Source of the DNA: a virus
Lineage: Duplodnaviria; Caudoviricetes
Reading direction: 5' to 3' (one strand)
IMG/VR virus record: IMGVR_UViG_3300027734_000092
Span: 1 to 54,079 of that record
Length of the DNA: 54,079 nucleotides
Shown here: positions 23,656 to 34,288 of the stretch, in pieces
How the letters are laid out: every line of letters begins with the position of its first letter
Position numbering within the stretch: position 1 is the stretch's first letter
The notes under the pieces: model-generated
Databases searched by the model: none
Told to the model about the DNA's origin: nothing
The model's input: the letters and a program-made list of their open reading frames with translations, nothing else
Translations under genes and position numbers: made by a program

Positions 23656-24310
23656 TTGATTTATCCAATGGAACTGTTACTATTAGTCTAGGAGTAGGAC
23701 TACAATTTACAGTATGTGTACAATCTGTTTTAACAAACCCAGAAGGTGTTAGTATATTTTTTGCAATATGACTAGGCTCTCCGACAAATTTTAATCTATC
23801 TGCTTTATCATTACCCGGAACATTTCTACAGGTAAACGGAAATCCAGTACTTAGATCGATATAGTCAACATCTGCTAGTAACGGGTTGCCATAATGGAAT
23901 TGTTCCCACCACACCATTTCGTCCTCTGGATTACCTAGTACCATGATGTTTAATCTTGTCTTGATAACTCGTTCTGTGGTATAATCTGTACCCCAAACTT
24001 TATTGATAAGGCTTTTGCACAAGATATCAATATGTGGATTTCCTGGATAATATTCGTCTCTGTTACATATAAATGTAGTAATTCCTGCCATGCTGGTATC
24101 ACAGCCATAGGTTCTTAAAAAATCTTTAATTTCAGTACCTACTATGCTTGAATGCCATTCATCTTGTGCTTGTTGTGAAAACAGTTCTGATGTATCGTCG
24201 TGATGAAAGAATTTTTCTTTAAATTTTTCGTGGTATCTATCTAATACCCATTCTTTAGCTTTCGGAGAGAGATCGAAATCTAAGGAATGATAAAATGTTT
24301 CTGCGGTCAT
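23624..24310 (-). CDS. Putative 2OG-Fe(II) oxygenase-like protein
   Basis: Start MTAETFYHSL by alignment to its paralog; PHID...HTV...R. Confidence 0.55.
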   Translation of the reverse strand: MTAETFYHSLDFDLSPKAKEWVLDRYHEKFKEKFFHHDDTSELFSQQAQDEWHSSIVGTEIKDFLRTYGCDTSMAGITTFICNRDEYYPGNPHIDILCKSLINKVWGTDYTTERVIKTRLNIMVLGNPEDEMVWWEQFHYGNPLLADVDYIDLSTGFPFTCRNVPGNDKADRLKFVGEPSHIAKNILTPSGFVKTDCTHTVNCSPTPRLIVTVPLDKSIDEILSFTNV

Positions 24311-24314
24311 TGTG

Positions 24315-24938
24315 TTAGTCTCCAGTTGGCATGTTTTGCCATTCTTCTTCAGTGATGGATCGCTTGTCCCAGGACGCCCATGTTCCTGGAACATGTTCAT
24401 AATATACATGATATTGCCAGCATTTTTGCACATCATAAGGACAGGTTTGGATGTATCCTTCTCCCTTTTTAAAACCAGGAATAGCTTTAGATATTGCAGT
24501 ATGATACACTTTCCACCATCCTGCTGATTCTTTCTTTTCACGAGCTTGTATTGTTAGGAAATATGCATCGAACTGTTTGATCGCATTTAGTGGGGTCATT
24601 ACATGAACCTTTGCTAGATTGAACACATCGATCATTCCTCGAAAACTTCTTTGTCTATATTTAGGAAATAGGTATGTCCGGTGCATGTGTATAGCAATAT
24701 TGGATGGATATCGACCGTCATTGAACAGTCCTCCCATCCCAACTGGTTCGTGTGTAATTTTATCATAAATTACCACATACCCTACATGCTTTTCTAAAAC
24801 TAAAAATTTTGGAGTATAAATTTCTCGAAGCCAGTTATCCTCACTCAAGCATAGTTCTCGTACTTCTTCAAATTCAGCGCACGATTCGTGATATACCTTG
24901 TGATAAAAATTATCAGTGTTTAAAGACAGTGGATTCAT
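24315..24938 (-). CDS. GNAT-like acyltransferase
   Basis: PVGMGGL...HRTYLFPKYR resembles GNAT motif A region. Confidence 0.5.
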   Translation of the reverse strand: MNPLSLNTDNFYHKVYHESCAEFEEVRELCLSEDNWLREIYTPKFLVLEKHVGYVVIYDKITHEPVGMGGLFNDGRYPSNIAIHMHRTYLFPKYRQRSFRGMIDVFNLAKVHVMTPLNAIKQFDAYFLTIQAREKKESAGWWKVYHTAISKAIPGFKKGEGYIQTCPYDVQKCWQYHVYYEHVPGTWASWDKRSITEEEWQNMPTGD

Positions 24939-24977
24939 ATAGGAAATTATTTATTTTACGGTTGTGCTAGGCGACAA

Positions 24978-26243
24978 TCATTTGCTCTCCTGATGCATAC
25001 TATTCAATCTATTAAAATATACTCGATCAATACGACTCTCCTCTCCACAGATGCTGGAGCAGTAGGCCATCTTACCTTCTTTAACGCTGGGTTTTGTCCA
25101 CGAGTCGGCAAATACTCGATCTAGATGGCCTGCATCTAGTATCTCCGTTAAACTATGTTTATTAAGATCAAAATGATCCCACCCGTAGTCGCTCATATGT
25201 TTGTGTAATTGTAAACTTTGATAGTCTGTAAAAACTCCGCTGATGTGAGTTCCTATATAACAACAAGGTAATACTCTGCCAAAGTTATCAACAAATATTT
25301 CTTTGTCTTCGTTGAATATGTTGGCCTTGCACTTTACTTCGCAGGCATCAAATTTTTCTGTATTTTCCTTGTTGATGATTTCGTAGACCTTGTTGACCTT
25401 GTCCGAATAGTTGTCATTTGATTTGGTCTTCTTGAGTTCTCTATATTCGTCAAAGGTAAATGGAAGCATGCCTGTTTCTACTACGCCTGTAGGCTCTTTT
25501 AAATTCCTATACTCGGGATTCTTAGGAGCATTGATAGTGTACTCAATCTCACCGTTTTTGTTAACGGCATTCAATGCTTTGAGTTCTTTACCATTGTCTA
25601 CTCCTAAAGCCTTCTTAGGAACAAAAATTACAAAACCCAAGTCCTTGGACATCTGTCGAGCTTGTTCAACTTGATGTTCGTTGTGTTCAAATATTAGATA
25701 CTCCCATACAGCATTGCCACCTGCATCAATAAATGCCTTGACGTTGGCCATTAAGTTTTTCCATTTAACATTTCTTCGATATAGGTGATTAGTATCTTCT
25801 AGGCCGTCAATGCTGAATACCACACGCCAGCAGTCTAAACTCTTTTGATTATGTTTGGCAAATACTGCCCCTAGCTTTGCCCACCACTCAGGGTTACGCA
25901 TACCTCCGTTGGTGTGTATTTGCAGTACGAACTCGCTCTTTCGTTTCCTCCACCAAGAAGTTTTTGTATGCTTGTGGATGTATTCGCATATCTCTAGGGT
26001 GTCGCTGGCCATGCAAGGATCGCCCTGTGTTCCGCAGAACATTATCTTAACTAGACCGGATAACAACTTTGGAGGAAAGAACTCTTTGAACTTATCTAGT
26101 TTTATTTCTTGTATTGTTAGATCGGGGCGAGGCAACGGAGAGTTTCTAAAAAACCTTACACACATTGGACAGGCCGCGTTACAGGCATTGGTCAGCTCAA
26201 TGTGTATTTGTCTTACTTCTCTGGTTTTCCAAAAATCAGTCAT
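24978..26243 (-). CDS. Radical SAM enzyme with SPASM/twitch-like C-terminus
   Basis: CNAACPMC; GRVLPCC; CSSIC; paralogous to 21931-23010. Confidence 0.9.
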   Translation of the reverse strand: MTDFWKTREVRQIHIELTNACNAACPMCVRFFRNSPLPRPDLTIQEIKLDKFKEFFPPKLLSGLVKIMFCGTQGDPCMASDTLEICEYIHKHTKTSWWRKRKSEFVLQIHTNGGMRNPEWWAKLGAVFAKHNQKSLDCWRVVFSIDGLEDTNHLYRRNVKWKNLMANVKAFIDAGGNAVWEYLIFEHNEHQVEQARQMSKDLGFVIFVPKKALGVDNGKELKALNAVNKNGEIEYTINAPKNPEYRNLKEPTGVVETGMLPFTFDEYRELKKTKSNDNYSDKVNKVYEIINKENTEKFDACEVKCKANIFNEDKEIFVDNFGRVLPCCYIGTHISGVFTDYQSLQLHKHMSDYGWDHFDLNKHSLTEILDAGHLDRVFADSWTKPSVKEGKMAYCSSICGEESRIDRVYFNRLNSMHQESK

Positions 26244-27426
26244 TGGTCAATCCTATAATTCTTGCAAACTCAGGAAACACTTGTGTATAGTCCTGCTTTC
26301 TATATTCATCGTGTACTTTAATTTCTTCTAAGAACTTAGTCCACATATTTGCATCCGGTATACCGTTTTCAATAAACCCAACTATGCCCGGTAGCTGTCT
26401 CCATATAGAATCTTCTTCGGGCTTTGTTGGCTCCGGGATAGTCTTTAGTTTTTTAACGACTTCCTGTTTAACATCCTCAGGCATGATGCCGATATTAAAA
26501 TGTCTTGGAGCATGTACTAGATTTAAGAAACAACCAAACCCGTTATAGTTCTTGCGGAACTCCTCTATGATCTCTGGTAGATAGTATACATTTAAATTAC
26601 TTAAAGTAATAAACCATCCTAGTGTTAAATTGCCTGCTTGTGTCCTAGATTTGGCCATGTTGGCCTTAACCACTTCCCAGTCGGCCAGATAACGCATGAA
26701 TTCAAATTGCCGGTCTGTACCATCTATACTAAAATGTACAGATACCTTTTTAAAATGTTGCCATAGTTCTGTTTGCTTAGGCCACAGGGTTCCGTTAGTA
26801 GCATAGTGTACTTCTATATCTTTAGCATAACCTTTTTCAACAGCAAGCTCTAGAATGCCCCACATTTTTTTACTCATAAAAGGCTCGCCACCGTAGAACT
26901 CTAGATGTTTTATAGTATGCAGATGGCTTTCCAAGTCCGGCCAGAATGCGCTTTCATCTTCGAAGCTCTTGTAGAATTTTTTAATATGGGTTTGATACTT
27001 CTTAATGCTTAGAATTTTATTGTACTGTGTTTCAAAGCCCTCGTCGATCCATTGACTGCTCGAGTGCGGTCCGCAAGTCCTACATCGTATGTTACATTGA
27101 TTACCTAGGCTAGCTTCAAAGTAGACTAGACCTTGTTGTTGGTCAAGACGTTTGTTATCTCTAATACGTTTGCTTTCGCCGCCACCGTCTTCTTCTTCCC
27201 AGCAACGGACACAGCCTGGATTGCGTACATCATTGTTGCAGTCAGCTTGTAATTGTAGAAGCTCAGGATGATTAAGATGTTGCTCTATCGTCTTGTCGCC
27301 TAGGACATATTTTGCGTCCGGGTCTTGACTAACGTACATACAGCAGGGGCGAGTAGTACCATCGTTGCTTGCGCTTAAACTATGGAACGCATTTATGCAC
27401 CAAGTTTTCTTATTGTCCGGACTCAT
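26236..27426 (-). CDS. Radical SAM enzyme with N-terminal Cys-rich domain
   Basis: CNIRCRTC, GGEP; N-terminal WC...RPCC...CVRC. Confidence 0.9.
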   Translation of the reverse strand: MSPDNKKTWCINAFHSLSASNDGTTRPCCMYVSQDPDAKYVLGDKTIEQHLNHPELLQLQADCNNDVRNPGCVRCWEEEDGGGESKRIRDNKRLDQQQGLVYFEASLGNQCNIRCRTCGPHSSSQWIDEGFETQYNKILSIKKYQTHIKKFYKSFEDESAFWPDLESHLHTIKHLEFYGGEPFMSKKMWGILELAVEKGYAKDIEVHYATNGTLWPKQTELWQHFKKVSVHFSIDGTDRQFEFMRYLADWEVVKANMAKSRTQAGNLTLGWFITLSNLNVYYLPEIIEEFRKNYNGFGCFLNLVHAPRHFNIGIMPEDVKQEVVKKLKTIPEPTKPEEDSIWRQLPGIVGFIENGIPDANMWTKFLEEIKVHDEYRKQDYTQVFPEFARIIGLTND

Positions 27427-28768
27427 AGGTTTCCTTACATAACTGGTAGAAATCTTTGTACTCTGGAAATAGTTCCAACATGTTAGTACCTAATCTACGA
27501 TCGTTCTCTGTAAAAAACACATAGAAATCCCTACGACCTCTACGTATCTTGTCTGCATCAACTGGATTAGTTCTCATGTACTCGGTAACACGTTTAAACT
27601 TAACAATTTCTGATAGTTCAAACCACTCTGCATTGTCTTCCATATATTTGAGAGTACGATCCATGTAAGGCATGAAGTCCGGAGTAAGGATGTTGATCAT
27701 CCAATGCGGAGGGTCTTTAAGATAAGGTATATCTAAATGAAATAAGTCAGCGCCGTATTCTTTGCGCCATTCTACTACCTTCTCTAACAGGCTTTGGAAG
27801 TTGGTTACACACAGAACATTGAATGTACACATGAAGTTTACTCGCTTCTTCATCTTTACAATTTCTAACATATTGCGCTCCCAGTGAGCACAGTCTAATC
27901 CTGTGCGCATATACTCAGCTTGCGCTCCCCAACTGTCTATAGATGTAAACACATTGAGAGTTTTGATTTTCTTCTCTTGTGTGAGTTTCTTAACTTGTTC
28001 AATAAGCCTATCGACTCTGGAAAAACTCACACCCAAGTTACTATTAATACTAATTTCTAAGTTGGGTGCAGGCTCTCGATCTAATAGTTCAAAGAACTGC
28101 ATCGCCCCTTTGTTCATCAACGGCTCTCCACCGGTGATACGTAGGGTGTGCAGATCATTGCGTAGGCTAGGCCACCACTTCCAGAAAGCATCTATGTAAG
28201 GATTATCGTCCTTAGGTCCATAGTATGTTCCATGTTGTAAAAAATCTATGCTGTATTGCGGATGAGTGATATCATAATCACCGTGTTCTTTAACTTCTTC
28301 CATCCACATTGTGCTAGCCTGCGGGCCGCAATAACCACAACGGAAATTACAGTTGTTACCAAAACTTACTTCCAGATACTTTGGATTTATATCAGCATCC
28401 CAAGGTAACTGTGCAAGTTTCTCAATGGCTTGCTCTGCCCAAGGATTGCCGCCGCTGTGCAACACTCTATCACTAGCGTGTTCTCCTGGCAAATCTTCAA
28501 TGTTCCAGCAGTAGTAGCATTCTTTAGGACGCTCGCCCTCTAGCATCTGCTTGCGTTGTTCTTTCTTGTGTGCAGTATTGTGTAACGCCGCTGGGTTTAC
28601 TGCAATTTCTTCTAGTTGAATATGGTGTGGTTTAGGGTGGTAGCAACTGTGATTGTCCCCTGTATGCAAATACAAAGTTTGATGTAACCATTTCATAGTG
28701 CAATAACCAGGCCCTACGGTGTTTAATCTATCTTTTACATTCTTGAAAAATTGTATTTGTTGTTCCAT
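27410..28768 (-). CDS. Radical SAM enzyme with N-terminal Cys-rich domain
   Basis: CNFRCGYC, TGGEP; N-terminal YC...SCYH...CYYC; start MEQQIQ. Confidence 0.9.
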   Translation of the reverse strand: MEQQIQFFKNVKDRLNTVGPGYCTMKWLHQTLYLHTGDNHSCYHPKPHHIQLEEIAVNPAALHNTAHKKEQRKQMLEGERPKECYYCWNIEDLPGEHASDRVLHSGGNPWAEQAIEKLAQLPWDADINPKYLEVSFGNNCNFRCGYCGPQASTMWMEEVKEHGDYDITHPQYSIDFLQHGTYYGPKDDNPYIDAFWKWWPSLRNDLHTLRITGGEPLMNKGAMQFFELLDREPAPNLEISINSNLGVSFSRVDRLIEQVKKLTQEKKIKTLNVFTSIDSWGAQAEYMRTGLDCAHWERNMLEIVKMKKRVNFMCTFNVLCVTNFQSLLEKVVEWRKEYGADLFHLDIPYLKDPPHWMINILTPDFMPYMDRTLKYMEDNAEWFELSEIVKFKRVTEYMRTNPVDADKIRRGRRDFYVFFTENDRRLGTNMLELFPEYKDFYQLCKETYESGQ

Positions 28769-28823
28769 GTTAATATTTAAGTACAAACATAACTACTTGA
28801 TTGCATTCTGAATAAATAGCTGT

Positions 28824-29537
28824 ATGATCGATATATTAACTCAAAAACTACAATCCTGCATTGAACAAGATATTTGGAATTCTGACGATTCTGAAAATAC
28901 TAATTTGTTAATATCGCCTAACAAAGATGTTGTACTCGAATGGACAGACACAGGTTTTTTTGAAGTTAAAAAAGAAAGAGTTATGTTCAATAACTGTGTG
29001 ACCGGGCATACTTATTGCCTAAGAAAGGATGGAACCATAGATGAATGGACAAAATTTCAATTATGGTATTTGGAAGGAGTAAACAGTAAGTTGTTTAGAA
29101 CTGATGTTCCTTTGTTTAGAGATGAAGTTGAAATCAATAGCGAATCTTGGGATTATACTCATTGGATGAGACCGGGCGCTGGCGTAGGCGAGTTAACTAC
29201 TCATCAGGTTTTTTCTAATCCTGCCGCACTACCTGATTTTTTAAACGATGTTATTGACATATATTATGATGCTATGTTAGCAATTATTAAAGTTGCAGAA
29301 GAATATAACGATCCGAGAATTCCAGATATAACTTTTAGACAGGTTATGAAAGACGATCGAGGTTATTATTTTATTAATAATTTTGATACGTGGAATCGAA
29401 CTCCTTACAACGTTATTACAGCATCTATTAAATTAGGTCAAATGCTGATCGGATGGTTCGGACCTGCTATACCAGAATGGTTCCTCGATGACTGGACTGC
29501 CCGCGCATCAGCAAAATGGAACACTCTATATGAATAA
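28824..29537 (+). CDS. Hypothetical protein
   Basis: 237 aa; TAAATA upstream. Confidence 0.7.
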   Translation: MIDILTQKLQSCIEQDIWNSDDSENTNLLISPNKDVVLEWTDTGFFEVKKERVMFNNCVTGHTYCLRKDGTIDEWTKFQLWYLEGVNSKLFRTDVPLFRDEVEINSESWDYTHWMRPGAGVGELTTHQVFSNPAALPDFLNDVIDIYYDAMLAIIKVAEEYNDPRIPDITFRQVMKDDRGYYFINNFDTWNRTPYNVITASIKLGQMLIGWFGPAIPEWFLDDWTARASAKWNTLYE

Positions 29538-29697
29538 ATTAGATCATTCAATTCAGATTAAAATTATCAAAGACGGCAAAGAAAAACTATTCTATCTTCC
29601 ACCTGTTTGTGAAGATCGAGTGTGGTCTCAACTATTTGAAGATGTTACTGAACATACTGTTGAGATTTGGCCCTGGCATATTACTATCGCTAGTTAA
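29530..29697 (+). CDS. Small hypothetical protein
   Basis: Start MNKLDH overlapping previous stop. Confidence 0.5.
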   Translation: MNKLDHSIQIKIIKDGKEKLFYLPPVCEDRVWSQLFEDVTEHTVEIWPWHITIAS

Positions 29698-30239
29698 ACG
29701 ACTCCGATAGTCATATACCTAGTAAATTCCCAATCTGGGTAAACAAACTGCTTTTCGCCCGCAAATACATATTCGCTCAGCGGGTACTTTTCCTTAAACT
29801 CTTCTAAACTAGATACATTCCCAACATGATCACCGTGTTCCATGTTGTTGCCTTGTAGAACAACTTTGGTCCCTTTACTAAGATTATTAAACCAATCCAT
29901 GCTTTCAAAGTGTTCGGTGCTGGTGTTAATTACTAGTCCTCTAAACTCTGTTTGAAATGCATTGCAGTCACCTGTGATCGCTTTGAACTTCCAGTTCTGC
30001 CATACCCAATTCTCGTTAATCATATCTGCGATAGGTTCGCAACTAGGGTCGATATCTATACTACGAATTTTGTGTAGTTTAAATTTACCACGAGACAGCA
30101 ACAAGAATGCAGTCATAGCATGCCATCCGCCGTAGAGGTAAACATGATTAGCTTCCCAACCTGTTTTTTCTAGTTCTTCACAGAGCCAGACTTTGCTACC
30201 TATCTGTCCACTGCTGAAAGCATCTTTGTCTATGTGCAT
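29694..30239 (-). CDS. SAM-dependent methyltransferase-like protein
   Basis: LYGGW, SIDIDP, INTSTEH. Confidence 0.7.
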   Translation of the reverse strand: MHIDKDAFSSGQIGSKVWLCEELEKTGWEANHVYLYGGWHAMTAFLLLSRGKFKLHKIRSIDIDPSCEPIADMINENWVWQNWKFKAITGDCNAFQTEFRGLVINTSTEHFESMDWFNNLSKGTKVVLQGNNMEHGDHVGNVSSLEEFKEKYPLSEYVFAGEKQFVYPDWEFTRYMTIGVV

Positions 30240-31366
30240 GAGCGTTCTTCCGTAAACTTGCTAGACAACCAATCGTAATCATTTATTTTATTAAGGGCAA
30301 CAATATTGTTTTTGTTTGCATTGCCGTAACTAGCACCTGCCAAAGCACCAGCTATAGAATACTCACATCCTACAGTGGTCCAAGTACGTAATCTTTCTTC
30401 TGTTTCTTTGTCGTCTTGATTTGTAATAAGTTTTGAACTAAGTTTAACACACTCTCTAAATGCGCTCTTCCATGTGCTAAATGGATCAGTATCAAACCTA
30501 GTCTCACATGCAATAGTAGGCATGACTTTAACTGGACCTACGCTAGTTGATACATCAATGACGTTGTCCTTTACATCTTGAAAGTGTATCTTAGAGAATA
30601 ACTTAACTCCCCCATACCCATACTTTAATCCGTTAACAGGATTATGACTGTGCCATATATGAACTGTTTCTCTATCTTGGATAGGAGGAACATAGTCAAA
30701 TTGGAAGTTTTTAATATACGCATCGGCGTCGACTACATAAAACATATCAGTCTCTGCGATTAAAGATGCCGCGATGTGGGCATTATAAATTCCTTTTACA
30801 CCGATCACTCTTTTGGCTCTAGGGCATACAGCGTATAATCTTTTCCAGTTATCTTCTGTAGTTGTTTCATTATAAACTAAAAATATAACATCAAATCGAT
30901 TGTTGATGTATTCAGTATCAGCAACTCCGATAACTTTTCGTCCGCTAGCTGATTCTATATAGGATACAGTTACCGCATCGACTTCTTGCCCACCAGTTAA
31001 CGAAGTATCGTAAGTCCATACGTGCTTGTAAGGCAGATCCCAAGCAGGAACCTTATAGTCTAATATCTTTGAATTTACTATGGCATATTTGTTTGCCTCG
31101 ATAAGATGCGGAGTTAATCTTAGCTGGACGATTTGTACATGTCCGTTCCACTTTTTCGGGAACCGTTTAGCGATCCAGCCTTCACCGATTTTATATTTGA
31201 TACAGTTATCAGTTAATTGGATATCTATATCAATTAATTTTAGTATCGAAGGATCTAATTCTGGATTAACAACAATAAAATGTTCTTCATCTGTACACAG
31301 TTGACTCAGTACTTGGTCGCTCGACCAATCAGTAGATTTAACTAGGTTAGAATCGATTATCTTCAT
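30230..31366 (-). CDS. Glycosyltransferase-like (GT-A) protein
   Basis: DVIFL.Y.E, GVKGI..AH, VVDAD (DxD), GYGGVK. Confidence 0.65.
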   Translation of the reverse strand: MKIIDSNLVKSTDWSSDQVLSQLCTDEEHFIVVNPELDPSILKLIDIDIQLTDNCIKYKIGEGWIAKRFPKKWNGHVQIVQLRLTPHLIEANKYAIVNSKILDYKVPAWDLPYKHVWTYDTSLTGGQEVDAVTVSYIESASGRKVIGVADTEYINNRFDVIFLVYNETTTEDNWKRLYAVCPRAKRVIGVKGIYNAHIAASLIAETDMFYVVDADAYIKNFQFDYVPPIQDRETVHIWHSHNPVNGLKYGYGGVKLFSKIHFQDVKDNVIDVSTSVGPVKVMPTIACETRFDTDPFSTWKSAFRECVKLSSKLITNQDDKETEERLRTWTTVGCEYSIAGALAGASYGNANKNNIVALNKINDYDWLSSKFTEERSCT

Positions 31367-31367
31367 G

Positions 31368-31973
31368 TTATTCCCAAGGGACTATTTGGAAACTCATCAT
31401 TAGTATCTTTCTATCTTGAGATACCTTGTTTACCCAATGCCTGCTGTTTTCTGTGTTTAACCAAATAACGCCTCTACCTTTCTTCCCAGGTGCGCGGTAC
31501 TGAGATTCTTTTGTTTTTCCAAAAAATGTTTTTTTATTTGAACTTACTACAGTTAGTGATTCGTTATCGAATACGTTTAAGTATCCTGCCGCATAGACAG
31601 ATCTATTATCAAGATGTTGATCCATCTTATAGCCTTTTAGATCTGTTATTAATGCAAAATAAATGTTAATTTGCCTGGCTATTGGGATCGGAATATCTGG
31701 CCACCTTTTTTCCGTGTCGATATCTAAGAACTGATTGACTAACGAAAGTTTAGATTCCTCCATTCTTTGTTTAAAAATACTAAAAGCTGAATTATGTATT
31801 TTATTACTCTTAAGAATAAGTCGTTTATCTAATTCTTTATATTCGAGCCCCTTAATGTTATCCTCTGATCCCCACTCCGGGTAGTTAGCAAATAGCACTT
31901 GTAGATCGTCAACAGGATAGTCAAATTCTACTACTGGTGACTTCTCATTAGCTTTGATGAATTCTATAGTCAT
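31368..31973 (-). CDS. 2OG-Fe(II) oxygenase-like protein
   Basis: HLD...HWV....R. Confidence 0.65.
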   Translation of the reverse strand: MTIEFIKANEKSPVVEFDYPVDDLQVLFANYPEWGSEDNIKGLEYKELDKRLILKSNKIHNSAFSIFKQRMEESKLSLVNQFLDIDTEKRWPDIPIPIARQINIYFALITDLKGYKMDQHLDNRSVYAAGYLNVFDNESLTVVSSNKKTFFGKTKESQYRAPGKKGRGVIWLNTENSRHWVNKVSQDRKILMMSFQIVPWE

Positions 31974-33046
31974 AGATCAAGTAAATCCCAATTAGTATCT
32001 AGTTCTTTAACCATATGATCGTATCTAGGCGGGTTGACCCAAACTTCTTTAAAGAATCGACTCTGTTCCGGACTATAATATTGCATAGGTAATCCTAGTT
32101 TTAAATTTAACTGCTTGCCCAACATTACAATTTGTTCTAATGGATCGTTATAAGATTTCTCTTTAAACAACTCATTGAGATAATCAAAGTCTCGTACCTG
32201 CAGATAATCCCAGTCAGTGCAGTTAGTCATATAACATCCTAGTCTTGCACCGTATATTGCCCAAAGTCCTTGATCTACATCTGATCCTATATTACACCAT
32301 ATCAGCAATCGTTGATAGTTGCGTCGGACTAATTGATGTTTAGGATTAATAAAATTTTGTTTAACTCCGTTGTTCAGTGTCATCTTAACACCTTCACGGA
32401 ATCCTGCTCGCCACGCCTGTAGAGGACTTGCGTTGTTATAACTAACAGAATGCAAGTTAGCCATTTGTTTGTATCTATTGTTCCAGCAGAAATCTAACTG
32501 TGATGCAGGGTCTTCTGCTAGCTCGTGTGTCTTCATGCCCAACACAAAGTCCTTAGTCCAACACTTTAATCCGCCATTGCCATAGACTAGACCGTTAATG
32601 ATATTTTTACCGCACCAAGATAGTTGTTTGTCTTCTAAATCTGTTCCTGCAAAGTTTATTTCAACGTCAAAGAATTTTGGATCAACGATGTTATCCCCGT
32701 CCACAGTAATAAATCTATTAGTAGTACTAAGTTCAGCGGCCGCTTTGTGTGCGGCATCACTGCCTTTAACTCCGTGTACACGTTTTGCCCAAGGTGCTTT
32801 AGATAACAAGTCCGCCCAATTACGATCAGCATTGGGTTCGTCGTAGCTAATGAATATACAATCTATTTCGCTAAGATTAATTTTATTTACGATCGCCGGT
32901 CCTTCGTATAGATCGATAGTTAACGGGTTTAGGGCATGAAGTTGGCCATCAACTATTGTAAAATCTTCAACCTTCCAGTACCCTGATTTGAAATTATCAA
33001 TTTCAATATCAGATAGTTCGATTTTAAAATGCTCTTGATAATTCAT
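31970..33046 (-). CDS. Glycosyltransferase-like (GT-A) protein
   Basis: IFISYDEPNAD, GVKGSDAAH, TVDGD, YGNGGLK; paralog of 30230-31366. Confidence 0.7.
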   Translation of the reverse strand: MNYQEHFKIELSDIEIDNFKSGYWKVEDFTIVDGQLHALNPLTIDLYEGPAIVNKINLSEIDCIFISYDEPNADRNWADLLSKAPWAKRVHGVKGSDAAHKAAAELSTTNRFITVDGDNIVDPKFFDVEINFAGTDLEDKQLSWCGKNIINGLVYGNGGLKCWTKDFVLGMKTHELAEDPASQLDFCWNNRYKQMANLHSVSYNNASPLQAWRAGFREGVKMTLNNGVKQNFINPKHQLVRRNYQRLLIWCNIGSDVDQGLWAIYGARLGCYMTNCTDWDYLQVRDFDYLNELFKEKSYNDPLEQIVMLGKQLNLKLGLPMQYYSPEQSRFFKEVWVNPPRYDHMVKELDTNWDLLDL

Positions 33047-33171
33047 TAGGTTCCTTGTTTTTGTAGTTCACCGTTAACCACGATAAAATCTTCAAACTTC
33101 CAGTAACCCGATTTGAAATTAATAATTTCAATCTCAGATAGTTCGATTTTAAAATACTCTTGATAGTCCAT
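32937..33171. repeat. Imperfect ~110-bp tandem duplication
   Basis: MDYQEYFKIELSEIEIINFKSGYWKFEDF vs MNYQEHFKIELSDIEIDNFKSGYWKVEDF. Confidence 0.9.
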
Positions 33172-34266
33172 TAAGTCTCTTGCTATAGGGGAGCGAGTCC
33201 CATCTGGCATTTTAAATCCTTTAATACCTGCCAAGTTGACATAATATTTGATTTCCTCTTCATATTTTTTGGCAGTTGGTTCGTGCAAGTATGGTTGCCA
33301 GAATCCTTCTTGTAAATTACTATAATCGTGTTGAATACGATAACACAATCTGTCTTTAATATCTCCAAGCCTGCGATGCAATGTAATGCTGTTGTCAAAC
33401 AAACAAAAATCATTGTTGCTCTTGTACCAATGATCGTAAATGTATTTGTCTACAAACAATTCTTTATCAATTTCTGCAAACACACTATCACTTTCTTCTT
33501 TAGTCATTCCCTTAATACCGTAGATAGTATTAGCACTATAATGTAATCCAATAATACCACCTGGGCTACGCATAACGATAGGAATTTCGATATCATCTTC
33601 GGGACACATATTGGCATGCATGACTTCGTCTTGCTCCATGCGCAGTCCGGGATTGATACGTCCGGGCGTAAATCTATGTATTAGAATCATTTCATCTAAT
33701 TCACTTCGAAATGCATTGCTAACATTTTCATAATAATCGGGAGTGGTTAAAAATCCTGTGCTAGAACCAATCATGTTCTCTGCCCCTAACAATGCCACAC
33801 CTGGTGTAAATGTCAATGTACCACTTTCATTACTATGCCACAATAACTCACCTTCCGCAAACATGCCTAAGGCATTGCCTTTTTCGTCACGCTTGCCAGT
33901 GACCCGCATAACATGTTTCCCGTCGGGTGTTAGTTCTTGCATGTTGAATATACTTTTTAATCTAATGCGGTCAATTTCGTCTACGCTAGGATCATCTTGC
34001 ATAGCTAACTGTGCTACCTGGGTGAATGTTTTGCCAGGGTATTTTTTAAGTATTAGGTAACGGACACCGTATCTTGTATCACCAAACTTTGTACAAAAAT
34101 CAGTTTGCTTGTCCCAAGTTAGTTTGCAATCACGTATAATAGTGACTAGATTTTGTAGATGAAGTTTTCCAATCTCTGTCCACTCGTCGTCTGTGATAGT
34201 AGTAAAGTCTACATCATCTATAAAGATTCCAAATCTACCCAATCCTGGGATTTTGGTTACTTTCAT
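33046..34266 (-). CDS. TauD/TfdA family dioxygenase
   Basis: LWHSNE, ST.F, H.W..D..LFDN..TLHRR, R. Confidence 0.85.
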   Translation of the reverse strand: MKVTKIPGLGRFGIFIDDVDFTTITDDEWTEIGKLHLQNLVTIIRDCKLTWDKQTDFCTKFGDTRYGVRYLILKKYPGKTFTQVAQLAMQDDPSVDEIDRIRLKSIFNMQELTPDGKHVMRVTGKRDEKGNALGMFAEGELLWHSNESGTLTFTPGVALLGAENMIGSSTGFLTTPDYYENVSNAFRSELDEMILIHRFTPGRINPGLRMEQDEVMHANMCPEDDIEIPIVMRSPGGIIGLHYSANTIYGIKGMTKEESDSVFAEIDKELFVDKYIYDHWYKSNNDFCLFDNSITLHRRLGDIKDRLCYRIQHDYSNLQEGFWQPYLHEPTAKKYEEEIKYYVNLAGIKGFKMPDGTRSPIARDLMDYQEYFKIELSEIEIINFKSGYWKFEDFIVVNGELQKQGT

Positions 34267-34288
34267 ATTATCTCCTAATCAGAATAAA

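Noticed and set aside
32937-33171. Duplication as a diversity-generating retroelement TR/VR pair
   Set aside because: Differences are not confined to adenines, the copies are adjacent, and no reverse transcriptase is in the window.
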